NCBI GenBank assembly: GCA_035526585.1
Contig: DATLCC010000102.1
Location: 3,743 to 67,742 of the forward strand
Direction: 5' to 3'
DNA: 64,000 nt
DNA from: Thermoplasmatota archaeon
GTDB taxonomy: Archaea; Thermoplasmatota; SW-10-69-26; JACQPN01; JAJPHT01
The position numbers and the translations under genes were made by a program. Of this stretch, positions 46,956-56,102 are shown in pieces (within the stretch, counting starts at the first letter, position 1; each line of letters starts with the position of its first letter). The notes beneath the pieces were generated by a model, which was not told where the DNA came from, searched no databases, and saw nothing but the letters and a program-made list of their open reading frames with translations.

Positions 46956-48757
46956 CAGGATCGCCTCTTCCCGCCGCGCGCAGGCATCCCCTCACGGCCT
47001 CGAGCCAGCGACGCACGGGACCGCGTGGCCTGCTCGATGCGTTCGGACTCGACCATATCGGCGTGCTTTTCGGCGCGAGCGGCCTCGTCGATCTCCTCCT
47101 CGACGGCCTTGATCTGTGCCTGGAGCGCGTGGCGCTTGCGACGGACGTCCTCCGCGCGCCCTGCGGCCGCCGATCGCTGCTCGACCTCGCGCACGGCCTC
47201 CTTCGCCTCGTGGGCCGCGCGAGCGCTCCCCGTGAGGACGCCGGAAGGGCCGACGTAGATGTCGCGCAGCTGGATGCCCTTCTTGGACATGGTGAACTCG
47301 CGAAGCTGGTTGCTGTGCGGCATGCCGCGAGACTTGAGGATCCCGATCGCGCGGTTGCGCTCTCCGTTCTCTTCGAAGTTGCGCAGGTGGATCCACGTGT
47401 CCACGATGGAGCTGATCCCGACGACGCTGTCCTCGAACGTGGGCGCTTCGTTGAGGGCGCTGAACACGCTCGTGATGTGGTGGCTCTTGAGATGATCGAC
47501 GAGCCGCGTGAGCATCGACCGCACAGTCTCGAGGTTCCCCGCGCTGTGGAAGTCCGTCACGGGGTCCACGATGACGACGCGCGGCTCGAAGGCGCGGATC
47601 TCTTTCACCATGCGCGCGAGGTGCATCTCGAGGCCGTACGTCGTCGGCCGCGAGCACTGGAAGCGCAGAAGCCCCGATCTCGCGAAGGGCGCGAGATCGA
47701 CGCCGATGCTCCGCATGTTGCGGATGATCTGGCTGGGGGACTCCTCGAATCCGAAGTAGAGGCAGCGCTCCCCGCGCGCGCAGGTCGCCTGGACCATGTT
47801 CGCGAGGAGGCTCGACTTCCCGGTCCCGGTCGCTCCCGTGATGAGGGCGGTCGAGCCTTCGTAGACCCCTTTCGCGCCGAGCATCTCGTCGAGCCCGGGC
47901 GTCCCGGTGGAGACGCGACGCTCGGAGCTTTCGTGGATGAGCTCGAGGCCCGTGATGGGAGCGATGCTCAAGCCATCGTTGTCGATGAGGAACGGGTAGG
48001 CGTTGGAGCCGTGACGCGAGCCGCGGTATTTGACGACCCGGATCCGTCGCGTGGCGACGTCGCCTTCGAGCCGGTTGTCCAGCGCGATCACGCAGTCTGT
48101 GACGTACTCCTCGAGCCCGTGCCGCGTGAGCGAGCCGCCCACGCCCGACTCCGCGGTGACGACCGTCGTGAGCCCCTTCTCCTTGAGCCACGCCATCAGG
48201 CGCGCGAATTCGCTGCGCAGCACGGCGTGGTCGTCAAGGCCAGCAAAGAGGGCGTCGAGCGTGTCGAGCACGACGCGCTTCGCCCCGACCGCATCCACCG
48301 CGCTCTGGAGTCGCACGAAGAGGCCATCGAGCGTGTACTCGCCGGTCTCCAGCATCGTGTTCCGGTCGACGCGGATGTGGTCCACGGCGAGCTTGCCCTG
48401 ACGCCGGAGCGCATCCAGATCGATGCCGATCGAAAGCGAGCTCTTTGCGATGTCCTCGGGGCTCTCCTCGAACGCGAGGAGGACGCCGTTCTCGCCTTCC
48501 TCCAGGATGCCCGCAGAAAGAAATTGGCAGGCCAGGTTCGTCTTGCCAGAGCCCGCCCCTCCCGCGACAAGCGTCGGGCGGCCGCGGGGAAGGCCGCCAT
48601 CCGTGATGTCGTCGAGGCCCGCGATCCCGCTTGGCGTTTTCTGCACTCCTTCGATCCGGCTGGCCCCTTTCCGTCTCGCTCCCACGTGCGTTCGCTCCGC
48701 GCGGCCTCTCGCCACGGGACGCCCAAACCTCGGAATCCCGCTTAAAGGGAGCGTCAT
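46955..48757 (-). CDS. kaiC: KaiC-family double RecA-like ATPase with C-terminal coiled-coil extension
   Basis: [17 protein letters not shown], two Walker A motifs ([16 protein letters not shown]), FEES in both halves. Start is uncertain (ATG 48757 or GTG 48685). Confidence 0.9.
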   Translation of the reverse strand: MTLPLSGIPRFGRPVARGRAERTHVGARRKGASRIEGVQKTPSGIAGLDDITDGGLPRGRPTLVAGGAGSGKTNLACQFLSAGILEEGENGVLLAFEESPEDIAKSSLSIGIDLDALRRQGKLAVDHIRVDRNTMLETGEYTLDGLFVRLQSAVDAVGAKRVVLDTLDALFAGLDDHAVLRSEFARLMAWLKEKGLTTVVTAESGVGGSLTRHGLEEYVTDCVIALDNRLEGDVATRRIRVVKYRGSRHGSNAYPFLIDNDGLSIAPITGLELIHESSERRVSTGTPGLDEMLGAKGVYEGSTALITGATGTGKSSLLANMVQATCARGERCLYFGFEESPSQIIRNMRSIGVDLAPFARSGLLRFQCSRPTTYGLEMHLARMVKEIRAFEPRVVIVDPVTDFHSAGNLETVRSMLTRLVDHLKSHHITSVFSALNEAPTFEDSVVGISSIVDTWIHLRNFEENGERNRAIGILKSRGMPHSNQLREFTMSKKGIQLRDIYVGPSGVLTGSARAAHEAKEAVREVEQRSAAAGRAEDVRRKRHALQAQIKAVEEEIDEAARAEKHADMVESERIEQATRSRASLARGREGMPARGGKRRS

Positions 48758-48865
48758 CCCTGGAAGCGAGCGACCGGGTGAGCAACGGCGCGGGCGCTTC
48801 GTGCTCGCGCGGCGCCGCGTCGGCCTCCGGACGGCGCTCACGGGCGCGGCATCGCGCCGGTCGCC

Positions 48866-49324
48866 TCACGGCATGCCAGGCAGGAGCGGCGGCGTGCCCG
48901 CGACGCAGTCAAGGCCGTCACCGCCGTTCGGGACCGGGTCGAAGCCGTACGTGTACTCCGTCATGGTGCAGTAGGGCTCGCCTGGCTCGCCGCCGAACGA
49001 CCACGAGTAGCCGTACCACGCGACGCCCGCCGCCTTGTACTCGCCTGTGTTCTCATCGAACGAGTAGTAGCCCACGGCGAGGCCGCTGTCCTCCTCGGCG
49101 TAGAAGCCGTCGTCGTACGTGTAGCAGTAGCTCGACACGCTCGCGTGCTGCGAGCCGTCGTCGACGTGCACGCCGCGCTCGGCGCCGTCGTTCGCGCCTT
49201 CGCAGCCGTCGCCGGACGAGGTGACGTTGGCGCACGTGTCGGCGTCGAGGCAGACGGGGTCCGCGGCGGCGGCGGGGACGAGGGCGGTCGCGAGCAGGCA
49301 CAGGATCAGAAGCTTCGTCGTCAT
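48866..49324 (-). CDS. Secreted Cys/Tyr/Gly-rich protein (152 aa), hypothetical
   Basis: Signal peptide MTTKLLILCLLATALVPAAAA and 8 Cys. C-terminal part of track ORF 48866..49810. Confidence 0.6.
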   Translation of the reverse strand: MTTKLLILCLLATALVPAAAADPVCLDADTCANVTSSGDGCEGANDGAERGVHVDDGSQHASVSSYCYTYDDGFYAEEDSGLAVGYYSFDENTGEYKAAGVAWYGYSWSFGGEPGEPYCTMTEYTYGFDPVPNGGDGLDCVAGTPPLLPGMP

Positions 49325-49328
49325 GATA

Positions 49329-50204
49329 TCAGTCTCCCTGCGGAATGGGAATGTCGCTCCCCAGCACGAAGGCCGGCGTGCGCCAGCAGCGCTCGCCCGC
49401 GAGGGCGCGGCAGAGCGGCTGGTTGTCGTTCTCGTCCACGTTGCGGTCGATGCGGAACGTGTGGTCCCCCGCCGGCATGCCGGGAAGGAGGAAGCCGTCC
49501 GACATCGCGATCGGGTCGCCCGGCCCGTCGACGGAGATCTCCTGGAGGCCGAGGTGCGACCCGGCCCAGAAGGACGCGAACAGCGCGCCTTCGATGGGCA
49601 CGGTCGCGGCGGCGTCGAGCTGCGCCTTCGCCTCCACGACGCCATCGCGCACCGGCAGCGACTCGCGCGCGACGACGTTCGCCGCGCCGTCGAGGTCGCG
49701 TTCGGTGAGGAGGAACGCGTCGCCGCTCGTCGTCGCGAGAACGGTCGCGCCGTCGTCGGCGAACATGCGCCATTCGCCCGTCGTCGCTCCCTCGAACGCG
49801 CCCAACGCAACGACGATCCACTCGTGGTCGTACGCGGGATCGAAGTCGACGCGCATCTCGATGGGCCATGGCGATCCGCCGGAGAGCTCGGAGACGAGCG
49901 TGCCGGTCTGCGCGGTCTGCGCGTGGAGCTCGTGGCCGCCCTCGTCGTACCAGGTCGGGTTGATGAGGCCGTTGAACTCCATCGTCTCGGCGTCGATGAA
50001 CCAGAGGCCGAAGCTCGCGAAGGTCGCCTCCTCGTGCGTCGCGGCGAGCCACACGCTGAAGAAGGAATGGGCGGGCAGGAAGAGGCGCCACGCCGTCGCG
50101 GTGGGGCCCTCGAACGGGATGCTCTGGATCAGCGGCGCGTCGGGCGGGTCGAATGCGGCGACGGTGGGCGCGAGGAGCAGAGCTATCACGAGCAAGGCGC
50201 GCAT
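49329..50204 (-). CDS. Secreted hypothetical protein (291 aa)
   Basis: Signal peptide MRALLVIALLLAPTVAA. Internal ATG of track ORF 49329..50246. Confidence 0.6.
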   Translation of the reverse strand: MRALLVIALLLAPTVAAFDPPDAPLIQSIPFEGPTATAWRLFLPAHSFFSVWLAATHEEATFASFGLWFIDAETMEFNGLINPTWYDEGGHELHAQTAQTGTLVSELSGGSPWPIEMRVDFDPAYDHEWIVVALGAFEGATTGEWRMFADDGATVLATTSGDAFLLTERDLDGAANVVARESLPVRDGVVEAKAQLDAAATVPIEGALFASFWAGSHLGLQEISVDGPGDPIAMSDGFLLPGMPAGDHTFRIDRNVDENDNQPLCRALAGERCWRTPAFVLGSDIPIPQGD

Positions 50205-50272
50205 AGGGCCTCCCGAGACGCGAGCGGCCCCCCGAGGGAAAAGCATTCCCGTCCGGAAGCCTCTGCGACCGT

Positions 50273-50848
50273 ATGCGTACCCTGCTCGTCGCCCTCCTGC
50301 TCGCCGCGCCCCTTGCGGCGGGGGAAGCCGACATCGGCGCCCTCGTCGCGAGCCTGCGGGCGCAAGGCGCCACCACGCTCACGGGCGCAGAAGGGGCGCC
50401 CGCCGTGCCCGCGGACGTGGGGTACGCCGTCCGGACGGAGGATCTCCCGTGCTACGTCGCGGCGCTCCTCACCGTGTTCGAGGTGACGACGGACGGCGTG
50501 CCGCGCGACGGGATCGAGATCGAGCGCACGCTCCTCGCGCCCGAGCCCGTCGTGCCGTGCGGCTATGGCTTCGAAAGCTGGGTGGGGGAAGCGCGCGCGA
50601 CGGTCGCGCCCGATGCGTGGGACTGGGTCGCGTGCACGGCGTTCGAAGGAGGACTCGGCGGCTGGGCCGCGATCAGCGCGCCGTGCCACGTCGCGGACTT
50701 CTCCGAGGTGACGCTCACCGGGCGCGTCGGCGTCGTGCGTCTCTCCGATTGCTCGGCGGAGGGCGTGTGCGTCACGATGCAGCAGGTCTTCGGTGGCACG
50801 AACAACGCGCCGGGCCACGCGGACGCGGCGTCCATCCGCATCGCCTGA
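50273..50848 (+). CDS. Secreted hypothetical protein (191 aa)
   Basis: Signal peptide MRTLLVALLLAAPLAAG and 6 Cys. Confidence 0.6.
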   Translation: MRTLLVALLLAAPLAAGEADIGALVASLRAQGATTLTGAEGAPAVPADVGYAVRTEDLPCYVAALLTVFEVTTDGVPRDGIEIERTLLAPEPVVPCGYGFESWVGEARATVAPDAWDWVACTAFEGGLGGWAAISAPCHVADFSEVTLTGRVGVVRLSDCSAEGVCVTMQQVFGGTNNAPGHADAASIRIA

Positions 50849-50940
50849 AGCTTGCGGCTACGGCCGCGGGCAGAAAGGCGAAGCGCTTATCTTATCCCAG
50901 GTCGCAGACGGGCGAAGGTGTGTTTTCAGTGACGCGAGGA

Positions 50941-52218
50941 ATGAACTATACCGACTTCCTCGAGCTTGGCGCGAGCGCGCGCCCCGAAGAGTTCGTCTGC
51001 ACGTTCCGCCTCGAAGCGCATCCCTCGGTCAAGTTCGACTGGGCCGCGGGCGCGCTCGCCGCCGAATCGAGCATCGGGACGTGGGATCCGGGCCTCACGA
51101 CGATGACGGGGGAGGAGCGCCAGTACGGCGCCCGCGTCATCAAGCTCGACGAGGAGAAGAAGCTCGTCTGGATCGCGTACCCGCCGGCCCTCTTCGAGTT
51201 CGGCAACCTCTCGCAGCTCCTCTCGAGCGTCGTGGGCAACGTGTACGGCCTCAAGGAAGTGCAGAAGCTGCGCTTCGTGGACATCGAGATGCCCAAGGAG
51301 TTCGTCCGCAGCTTCAAGGGCCCGCAGCTCGGGATCGAGGGCGTGCGCAAGATGACGGGCATCCACGGGCGCCCGATCACCGGCACGATCGTGAAGCCCA
51401 AGCTCGGCCTCTCGTCCGAGAACTGGGCGAAGGCCGCATACAACGCGTGGCGCGGCGGCATCGACTTCGTGAAGGACGACGAGAACCTCACGAGCATGCC
51501 GTTCAACACCTTCCACAAGCGCGTGGAGCTCGTCATGGAGGCCAAGAAGAAGGCCGAGCGAGAGACGGGCGAGAAGAAGCTCTACTTCTGCAACGTGAGC
51601 GCGCCCGTCACGGAGATGAAGCGACGCGCCGACGAGGTCATCGGGCGCGGCAACGACTACGTCATGATCGACGTGCTCACCGTCGGCTGGTCCGCCGTGC
51701 AGGAGATGCGCGACTTCCTCGACGGACGCGGCATCGGCATCCACGCGCACCGCGCGATGCACGGCGCGTTCAGCCGGCTCGAGGAGCACGGCATCGACAT
51801 GTTGCCGGTCTCCAAGTGGATCCGCATGGCCGGCGCCGACACGCTCCACGCCGGAACCCTTGGCGCGGGCAAGATGTTCACCGAGGGCGGCAAGTCGCAC
51901 GCCAAAGGGATCTACGACATGCTCCGCGGAGACATGCACGGCCTCAAGCCGACCCTCCCCGTCGCCTCGGGCGGCATGCACCCGGGCGTCATCGCGCAGG
52001 TCTGGGAGGCCAACGGCGGCTCGCCCGACTTCTGCGCGGCCGCAGGTGGCGGCGTCCACGGGAACCCGCTGGGCTCGCAGGCCGGCGCGAAGGCGATGCG
52101 GCAGGCCGTCGAAGCCTACCAGAAGGGCATCAGCCCCGAGGAATACGCGAAGACGCACGATGAGCTCGCCGCCGCCATCAAGCGCTGGGGCACGAAGCCC
52201 GTGAGCGGCGCGGAGTAG
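50941..52218 (+). CDS. rbcL: Ribulose-1,5-bisphosphate carboxylase/oxygenase large subunit, form III type
   Basis: Catalytic contexts are retained: AAESSIGTW, GNVYG, IVKPKLGLS, GGIDFVKDDENL (carbamylated Lys), IHAHRAMHGA, PVASGGMHPG, GGGVHGNP. No small-subunit gene; AMP phosphorylase lies downstream. Confidence 0.85.
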   Translation: MNYTDFLELGASARPEEFVCTFRLEAHPSVKFDWAAGALAAESSIGTWDPGLTTMTGEERQYGARVIKLDEEKKLVWIAYPPALFEFGNLSQLLSSVVGNVYGLKEVQKLRFVDIEMPKEFVRSFKGPQLGIEGVRKMTGIHGRPITGTIVKPKLGLSSENWAKAAYNAWRGGIDFVKDDENLTSMPFNTFHKRVELVMEAKKKAERETGEKKLYFCNVSAPVTEMKRRADEVIGRGNDYVMIDVLTVGWSAVQEMRDFLDGRGIGIHAHRAMHGAFSRLEEHGIDMLPVSKWIRMAGADTLHAGTLGAGKMFTEGGKSHAKGIYDMLRGDMHGLKPTLPVASGGMHPGVIAQVWEANGGSPDFCAAAGGGVHGNPLGSQAGAKAMRQAVEAYQKGISPEEYAKTHDELAAAIKRWGTKPVSGAE

Positions 52219-52250
52219 GAGCGCGAGGCCAGCTTCGCCCAGAGCGACCT

Positions 52251-52310
52251 ACGCGACGACGCGACCCACGCGACATGCTATCAGGGTCGCGTGCGTCGCG
52301 TCCGTCGCGC
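52251..52310. repeat. Long imperfect hairpin built from CGCGAC / GTCGCG units (copy 2)
   Basis: 3x CGCGAC (52252, 52260, 52269), loop ATGCTATCAGG, 3x GTCGCG (52286, 52295, 52304). Shares the 15-mer GTCGCGTCCGTCGCG with copy 1. Confidence 0.8.
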
Positions 52311-52376
52311 TGCGCGACGCGGCGCAAAGGGAGCCAAGCTTAAGCCCCCAAACCCCCCAACAGAGTTGACTCGAAC

Positions 52377-53909
52377 ATGGAAGGTCTCAACCTCAAGGCC
52401 AAGATCCTCGACATCGACCTTGGCAAGTTCCAGGTGCTCCTGCACTCCGCCGACGCCGAGGAGCTTGGCGTCCATCCGGGCGACCGCGTCCGCGTGCACG
52501 CGAACAACCTCGACGTGATCGCCGTCGTCGACGTCACGAAGAGCGTCGTGCCCGAAGGCATCATCGGCGTCTTCGCCGACGTACGCACGCACTTTGGCGT
52601 CGAGGACGCGCACGACATGTTCGTGCGGCCTGCGGAAAAGCCCGAGAGCGTCCGCTTCATCAAGAAGAAGATGCACGGCAAGAAGCTCACGCGCGAGGAG
52701 ATCGACCAGGTCATCGTCGATACGGTGAACGGATCCCTCACCGACATCGAGCTCTCCGCGTGGGTCACCTCGCTCGAGATCAACGACATGGACATGGAGG
52801 AGATCGAGTACCTCACACGCTCCATGGTGAAGCACGGCGAGGTCCTCGACTTCGGCCCCGAGGCCGTCGTCTTCGACAAGCACTCGATCGGCGGCGTGCC
52901 AGGCAACAAGATCTCGCTCCTCATCGTCCCCATCGTCGCCGCGGCCGGCCTCCTCATCCCCAAGACATCGAGCCGCGCCGTCACCGGCGCCGCCGGCACC
53001 GCGGACGTGATGGAGGTCTTCGGACCCGTGAGCCTCTCGGGCCCCCAGATCATGGAGATCACGCGCGACGTCGGCGGCGTCCTCTGCTGGGGCGGCGGCG
53101 TCAACCTCGCCCCCTCCGACGACATCATCATCCGCGCCGAACACCCCCTCTCCATCGACCCCCGCGCCCAGCTCCTCGCGAGCGTCATGGCCAAGAAGAA
53201 GGCCGTCGGCGCCAACAAGGTCGTCATGGACCTCCCCATGGGAGACGGCACGAAGCTCCCCACGATCGACGACGCCAAGAAGATCGGCCGCATGTTCATC
53301 GACCTCGGAGAACGCCTCGACATGCAGGTCGAATGCGCCGTCACCTACGGCGGCCAACCCGTCGGACGCGCCGTCGGATGCTCCCTCGAAGCGAACGAAG
53401 CCCTCGCCGCGCTCCGCGGCCTCGAGACCGCCCCCAGATCCCTCGTCGAAAAAAGCGTAGGCATCAGCGGCATCATCCTCGAGATGGGCGGCGTCGTCGG
53501 CCGCGGCAAAGGCCGCGCCAAAGCCGAAGAGATCCTCCGCTCGGGCGAAGCCCTCGCGAAATTCATCGAGATCGTCGAAGCCCAGAACGGAAAGGTCCCC
53601 AAAGGCGACTTCGCCATCGGCCCCTTCCACGCCGACCTCACCACCGTCGAAGGCGGCTACGTCTCCGGCATGAAGAACAAAGCGCTCATCGCCATCGCAC
53701 GCGCCTCCGGCAGCCCCAAGGAACACGGCGCAGGCATCGTCGTCCACCACAAACGCGGAGACCGCGTCGCCCCCGGCGAACCCATGATGACCATCTACGC
53801 CGAATCCCAATACCGCCTCGACCAGGCCATGGCGCTCGCGCGAAAAACGCAACCCATCATCGTCGAAGGCATGCTCCTCTCCAGGATGCCGGAAGTGAGG
53901 GAGCTCTAA
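52377..53909 (+). CDS. deoA: AMP phosphorylase (archaeal thymidine-phosphorylase-family enzyme)
   Basis: About 85-aa N-terminal extension typical of AMPpase, VRFIKKKMHGKKL, HSIGGVPGNK, PKTSSRAVTGAAGTAD, and a C-terminal PIIVEGMLLSR-type tail. Confidence 0.9.
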   Translation: MEGLNLKAKILDIDLGKFQVLLHSADAEELGVHPGDRVRVHANNLDVIAVVDVTKSVVPEGIIGVFADVRTHFGVEDAHDMFVRPAEKPESVRFIKKKMHGKKLTREEIDQVIVDTVNGSLTDIELSAWVTSLEINDMDMEEIEYLTRSMVKHGEVLDFGPEAVVFDKHSIGGVPGNKISLLIVPIVAAAGLLIPKTSSRAVTGAAGTADVMEVFGPVSLSGPQIMEITRDVGGVLCWGGGVNLAPSDDIIIRAEHPLSIDPRAQLLASVMAKKKAVGANKVVMDLPMGDGTKLPTIDDAKKIGRMFIDLGERLDMQVECAVTYGGQPVGRAVGCSLEANEALAALRGLETAPRSLVEKSVGISGIILEMGGVVGRGKGRAKAEEILRSGEALAKFIEIVEAQNGKVPKGDFAIGPFHADLTTVEGGYVSGMKNKALIAIARASGSPKEHGAGIVVHHKRGDRVAPGEPMMTIYAESQYRLDQAMALARKTQPIIVEGMLLSRMPEVREL

Positions 53910-53964
53910 GTTCAGTCAGCCAGGAAGGCTCAACCACCGCTCCCGTGTGCCGAAATGACCTGGG

Positions 53965-54360
53965 TTGAAGGCGGGGGGGCACGTCCTGCTGACGGTGTAT
54001 CCTGATCGGACGTGGGCGCGCATCCTGTTCGCGGATCGCCTGCGCAGGAACCCTACGGAGGCCATGGTCCGATCGGAACGGTACATGGCCGATCGCTTCG
54101 GGCGGGATCCGTTCCGAAGAGAGCGCGTGGTCGGCGAGCGTATCGCGGATTTCTATTTCCCTCTTCAGCGAGTCGTTGTCGAAGTCGATGGCCCTTCCCA
54201 TGATAACATCGACCAGTGGGTCAAGGACCGGTTTCGCGATCTGGAGATGAGCCAGCGTGGGCTTCTCGTCCTTAGATCTCGTAACAGCGACGTCTTTGAG
54301 CGTGCAGGCTGGGTGATGGCAAGAGTCGAGGCCGCGGTTCAGGCGCGTAGCCAAATTTAG
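53965..54360 (+). CDS. DUF559 / Vsr-like endonuclease-fold protein
   Basis: LRRNPTEAM...ADFYFPLQRVVVEVDGPSHD...RDLEMSQRGLLVLR pattern. TTG start is uncertain. Lies in a locally less GC-rich patch. Confidence 0.6.
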   Translation: MKAGGHVLLTVYPDRTWARILFADRLRRNPTEAMVRSERYMADRFGRDPFRRERVVGERIADFYFPLQRVVVEVDGPSHDNIDQWVKDRFRDLEMSQRGLLVLRSRNSDVFERAGWVMARVEAAVQARSQI

Positions 54361-54580
54361 CCGTCCCCCTGCCTCGCCCCATCCAGACTTCCGGAGGTCC
54401 GCAAGGGTCGCCTCGAATTGCGCGGTAGCTGCCTTGAGATCTTCAATGATCTCCTCGGCGATGACGTGCGGCGAGCAGGAGCAGCGTCAGGACCACGGGA
54501 CGCAGCGACATCCCGCGAAGGTGGCCCCCTCACCCGGGAAAACGTTGCCCCTCAGGGCGCGAAGGATCCCCTGCGCGCGG

Positions 54581-55870
54581 TCACACGAGGAAGAAGCTCA
54601 GTGCCGCGGCCACGGAGGCGACCGCCGTCATGAGCGCGAACCCCGGGAGGGCGCCCTCGTACGTCTCGCGGTGCGTCCAGCGGAGGATGAGGAGCTTCCC
54701 GCCGACGCTCGCCGCGGTGGCGAGAAGCGCCGTGCGGATCGCGATCGTGAGCGGGATGCTCCCGTTCGCCGCGAGCGACCCCAGCGAGGCGATGACGGCG
54801 CCTGCGCTCACGAACCCGCCAAGCGCCGCGAAGTAGACGCCGGCGTCTCCGAGGTTCTGGCTCGCGAGCGTGACGAGCACGCTCACGGCGGCGAAGTAGA
54901 GCGCGAAGCGGAGGGCTGGGAGGACCGCGAACGGGTTCTTCACGCGCACCGCGGCGCCCTCGTCCTGGGACGGCGCGCCAGACGAGCGGCGTCGCCACGC
55001 CGAGTAGAGCCCGACCATCGCGATGAGGAGGAAGAAGGGCGCGATCGCCATCGCGAGATGGAAGCTCGTGTCGGCGAAGGCCGCGATGGCGAAGTTGCGC
55101 ACGAGCATCGTGGTGCTCGCGAGGAGCGAGCCCACGACGGCGGCGCCCACGAGGCGTCGGTCCTCCTTCGCCCGCTGCGCGAGCCCGGCCGTGGTGGCCT
55201 CGCTGTTCACGAGGCCGCCCATGAGGCCGCTGAACTGGATGCCGCGGTGCGGGCCGATCTGGCGCATCGCGATGAGGCTCGCGAAGCTGATGCCCGCGAC
55301 GAAGACGCTCACGAGCAGGATGACGTAGGGGTCGACGAGCTTTCCCCGCCCGATCCACGACACGGGCAGGTCGTCGCCCGTGAAGGTCGCGGTGAGCGGG
55401 AGGAGGATGAAGACGAGCGTGATGAACTGGAGCGCCGAGAGGATCTCCGTGTCGTCCAGGATGGCAGCGAAGCGGTGGAGGCGCTTCTTTGTGAGGAGGA
55501 GCGCGGTCGTCACGACGCCGACGGTCACGGCCTCGAAGACGTAGTGATAACCGATCGCAAGGCCGAGGAGGAACGTGATGACCATCGTGACGGGCGTCGT
55601 GATGCCGGTCTGCCCGACGCTCATGCGCATGTGCATGAACATGTAGGCGAGCCCGAAGGCGCCAAAGAGGCCGGCCGCGATGACGAAGGGGGAGGCCACC
55701 TCGATCGCCATGACCGCGGTGAGGAAGCCGGCGATCGCGACGAGTGGGAACGTGCGCACGCCAGCGATGACCGGGAGGCCGTCGTCGCGGTGCTCGCGCT
55801 CGACGCCGATCAGGCCGCCCATCGCGGCCGAGACGAAGAACTCGACGAAGAAGCCTGACGGGCCGGCCAT
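54581..55870 (-). CDS. MgtC/SapB-family plus DUF4010-type integral membrane protein
   Basis: GGLIGVEREHR...GVRTFPLVAI N-terminal MgtC signature, about 11 hydrophobic spans. Internal ATG 55870 of track ORF 54581..56104. Confidence 0.75.
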   Translation of the reverse strand: MAGPSGFFVEFFVSAAMGGLIGVEREHRDDGLPVIAGVRTFPLVAIAGFLTAVMAIEVASPFVIAAGLFGAFGLAYMFMHMRMSVGQTGITTPVTMVITFLLGLAIGYHYVFEAVTVGVVTTALLLTKKRLHRFAAILDDTEILSALQFITLVFILLPLTATFTGDDLPVSWIGRGKLVDPYVILLVSVFVAGISFASLIAMRQIGPHRGIQFSGLMGGLVNSEATTAGLAQRAKEDRRLVGAAVVGSLLASTTMLVRNFAIAAFADTSFHLAMAIAPFFLLIAMVGLYSAWRRRSSGAPSQDEGAAVRVKNPFAVLPALRFALYFAAVSVLVTLASQNLGDAGVYFAALGGFVSAGAVIASLGSLAANGSIPLTIAIRTALLATAASVGGKLLILRWTHRETYEGALPGFALMTAVASVAAALSFFLV

Positions 55871-55984
55871 CGCGACCCTCGCACTTCGGACTCGCGCGAT
55901 ATAGCCTCGTCGGCTCCGGCCTTCGTGGGGCGGGGGCTCGTTGCGGCGGCTTGTCCTTGTCCTGGCCGTCGGGCTTGCCGCGGT

Positions 55985-56053
55985 CAGGACAAGGGCAAGG
56001 ACAGGGACAAGGTCAAGGACAAGGACAAGGACAAGGACAAGGACAAGGACAAC
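55985..56053. repeat. Hexanucleotide microsatellite (AAGGAC)n
   Basis: Six perfect units at 56015-56050, preceded by about five degenerate units. Lies in the divergent mgtC-like / M61 promoter spacer. Confidence 0.9.
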
Positions 56054-56102
56054 GTCCTTTGGAACGGGAATCCTCAAACGACCCCGCCTCGTGGCGGCGC
56101 CC

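Noticed and set aside
53857-54354. 165-aa minus-strand ORF.
   Set aside because: It is antisense to the DUF559 gene, which has a recognisable family pattern, and it has no motifs of its own.
54357-54520. Minus-strand signal-peptide ORF as a real gene.
   Set aside because: It stops after 22 codons and continuation needs a frameshift. It is reported only as possible decay, or a sequencing error, within the low-GC patch.
55985-56053. Tandem repeats as a CRISPR array (also checked at 19772 and 9314).
   Set aside because: The units are 6 nt with no spacers, and no cas genes are in the window. They are microsatellites.
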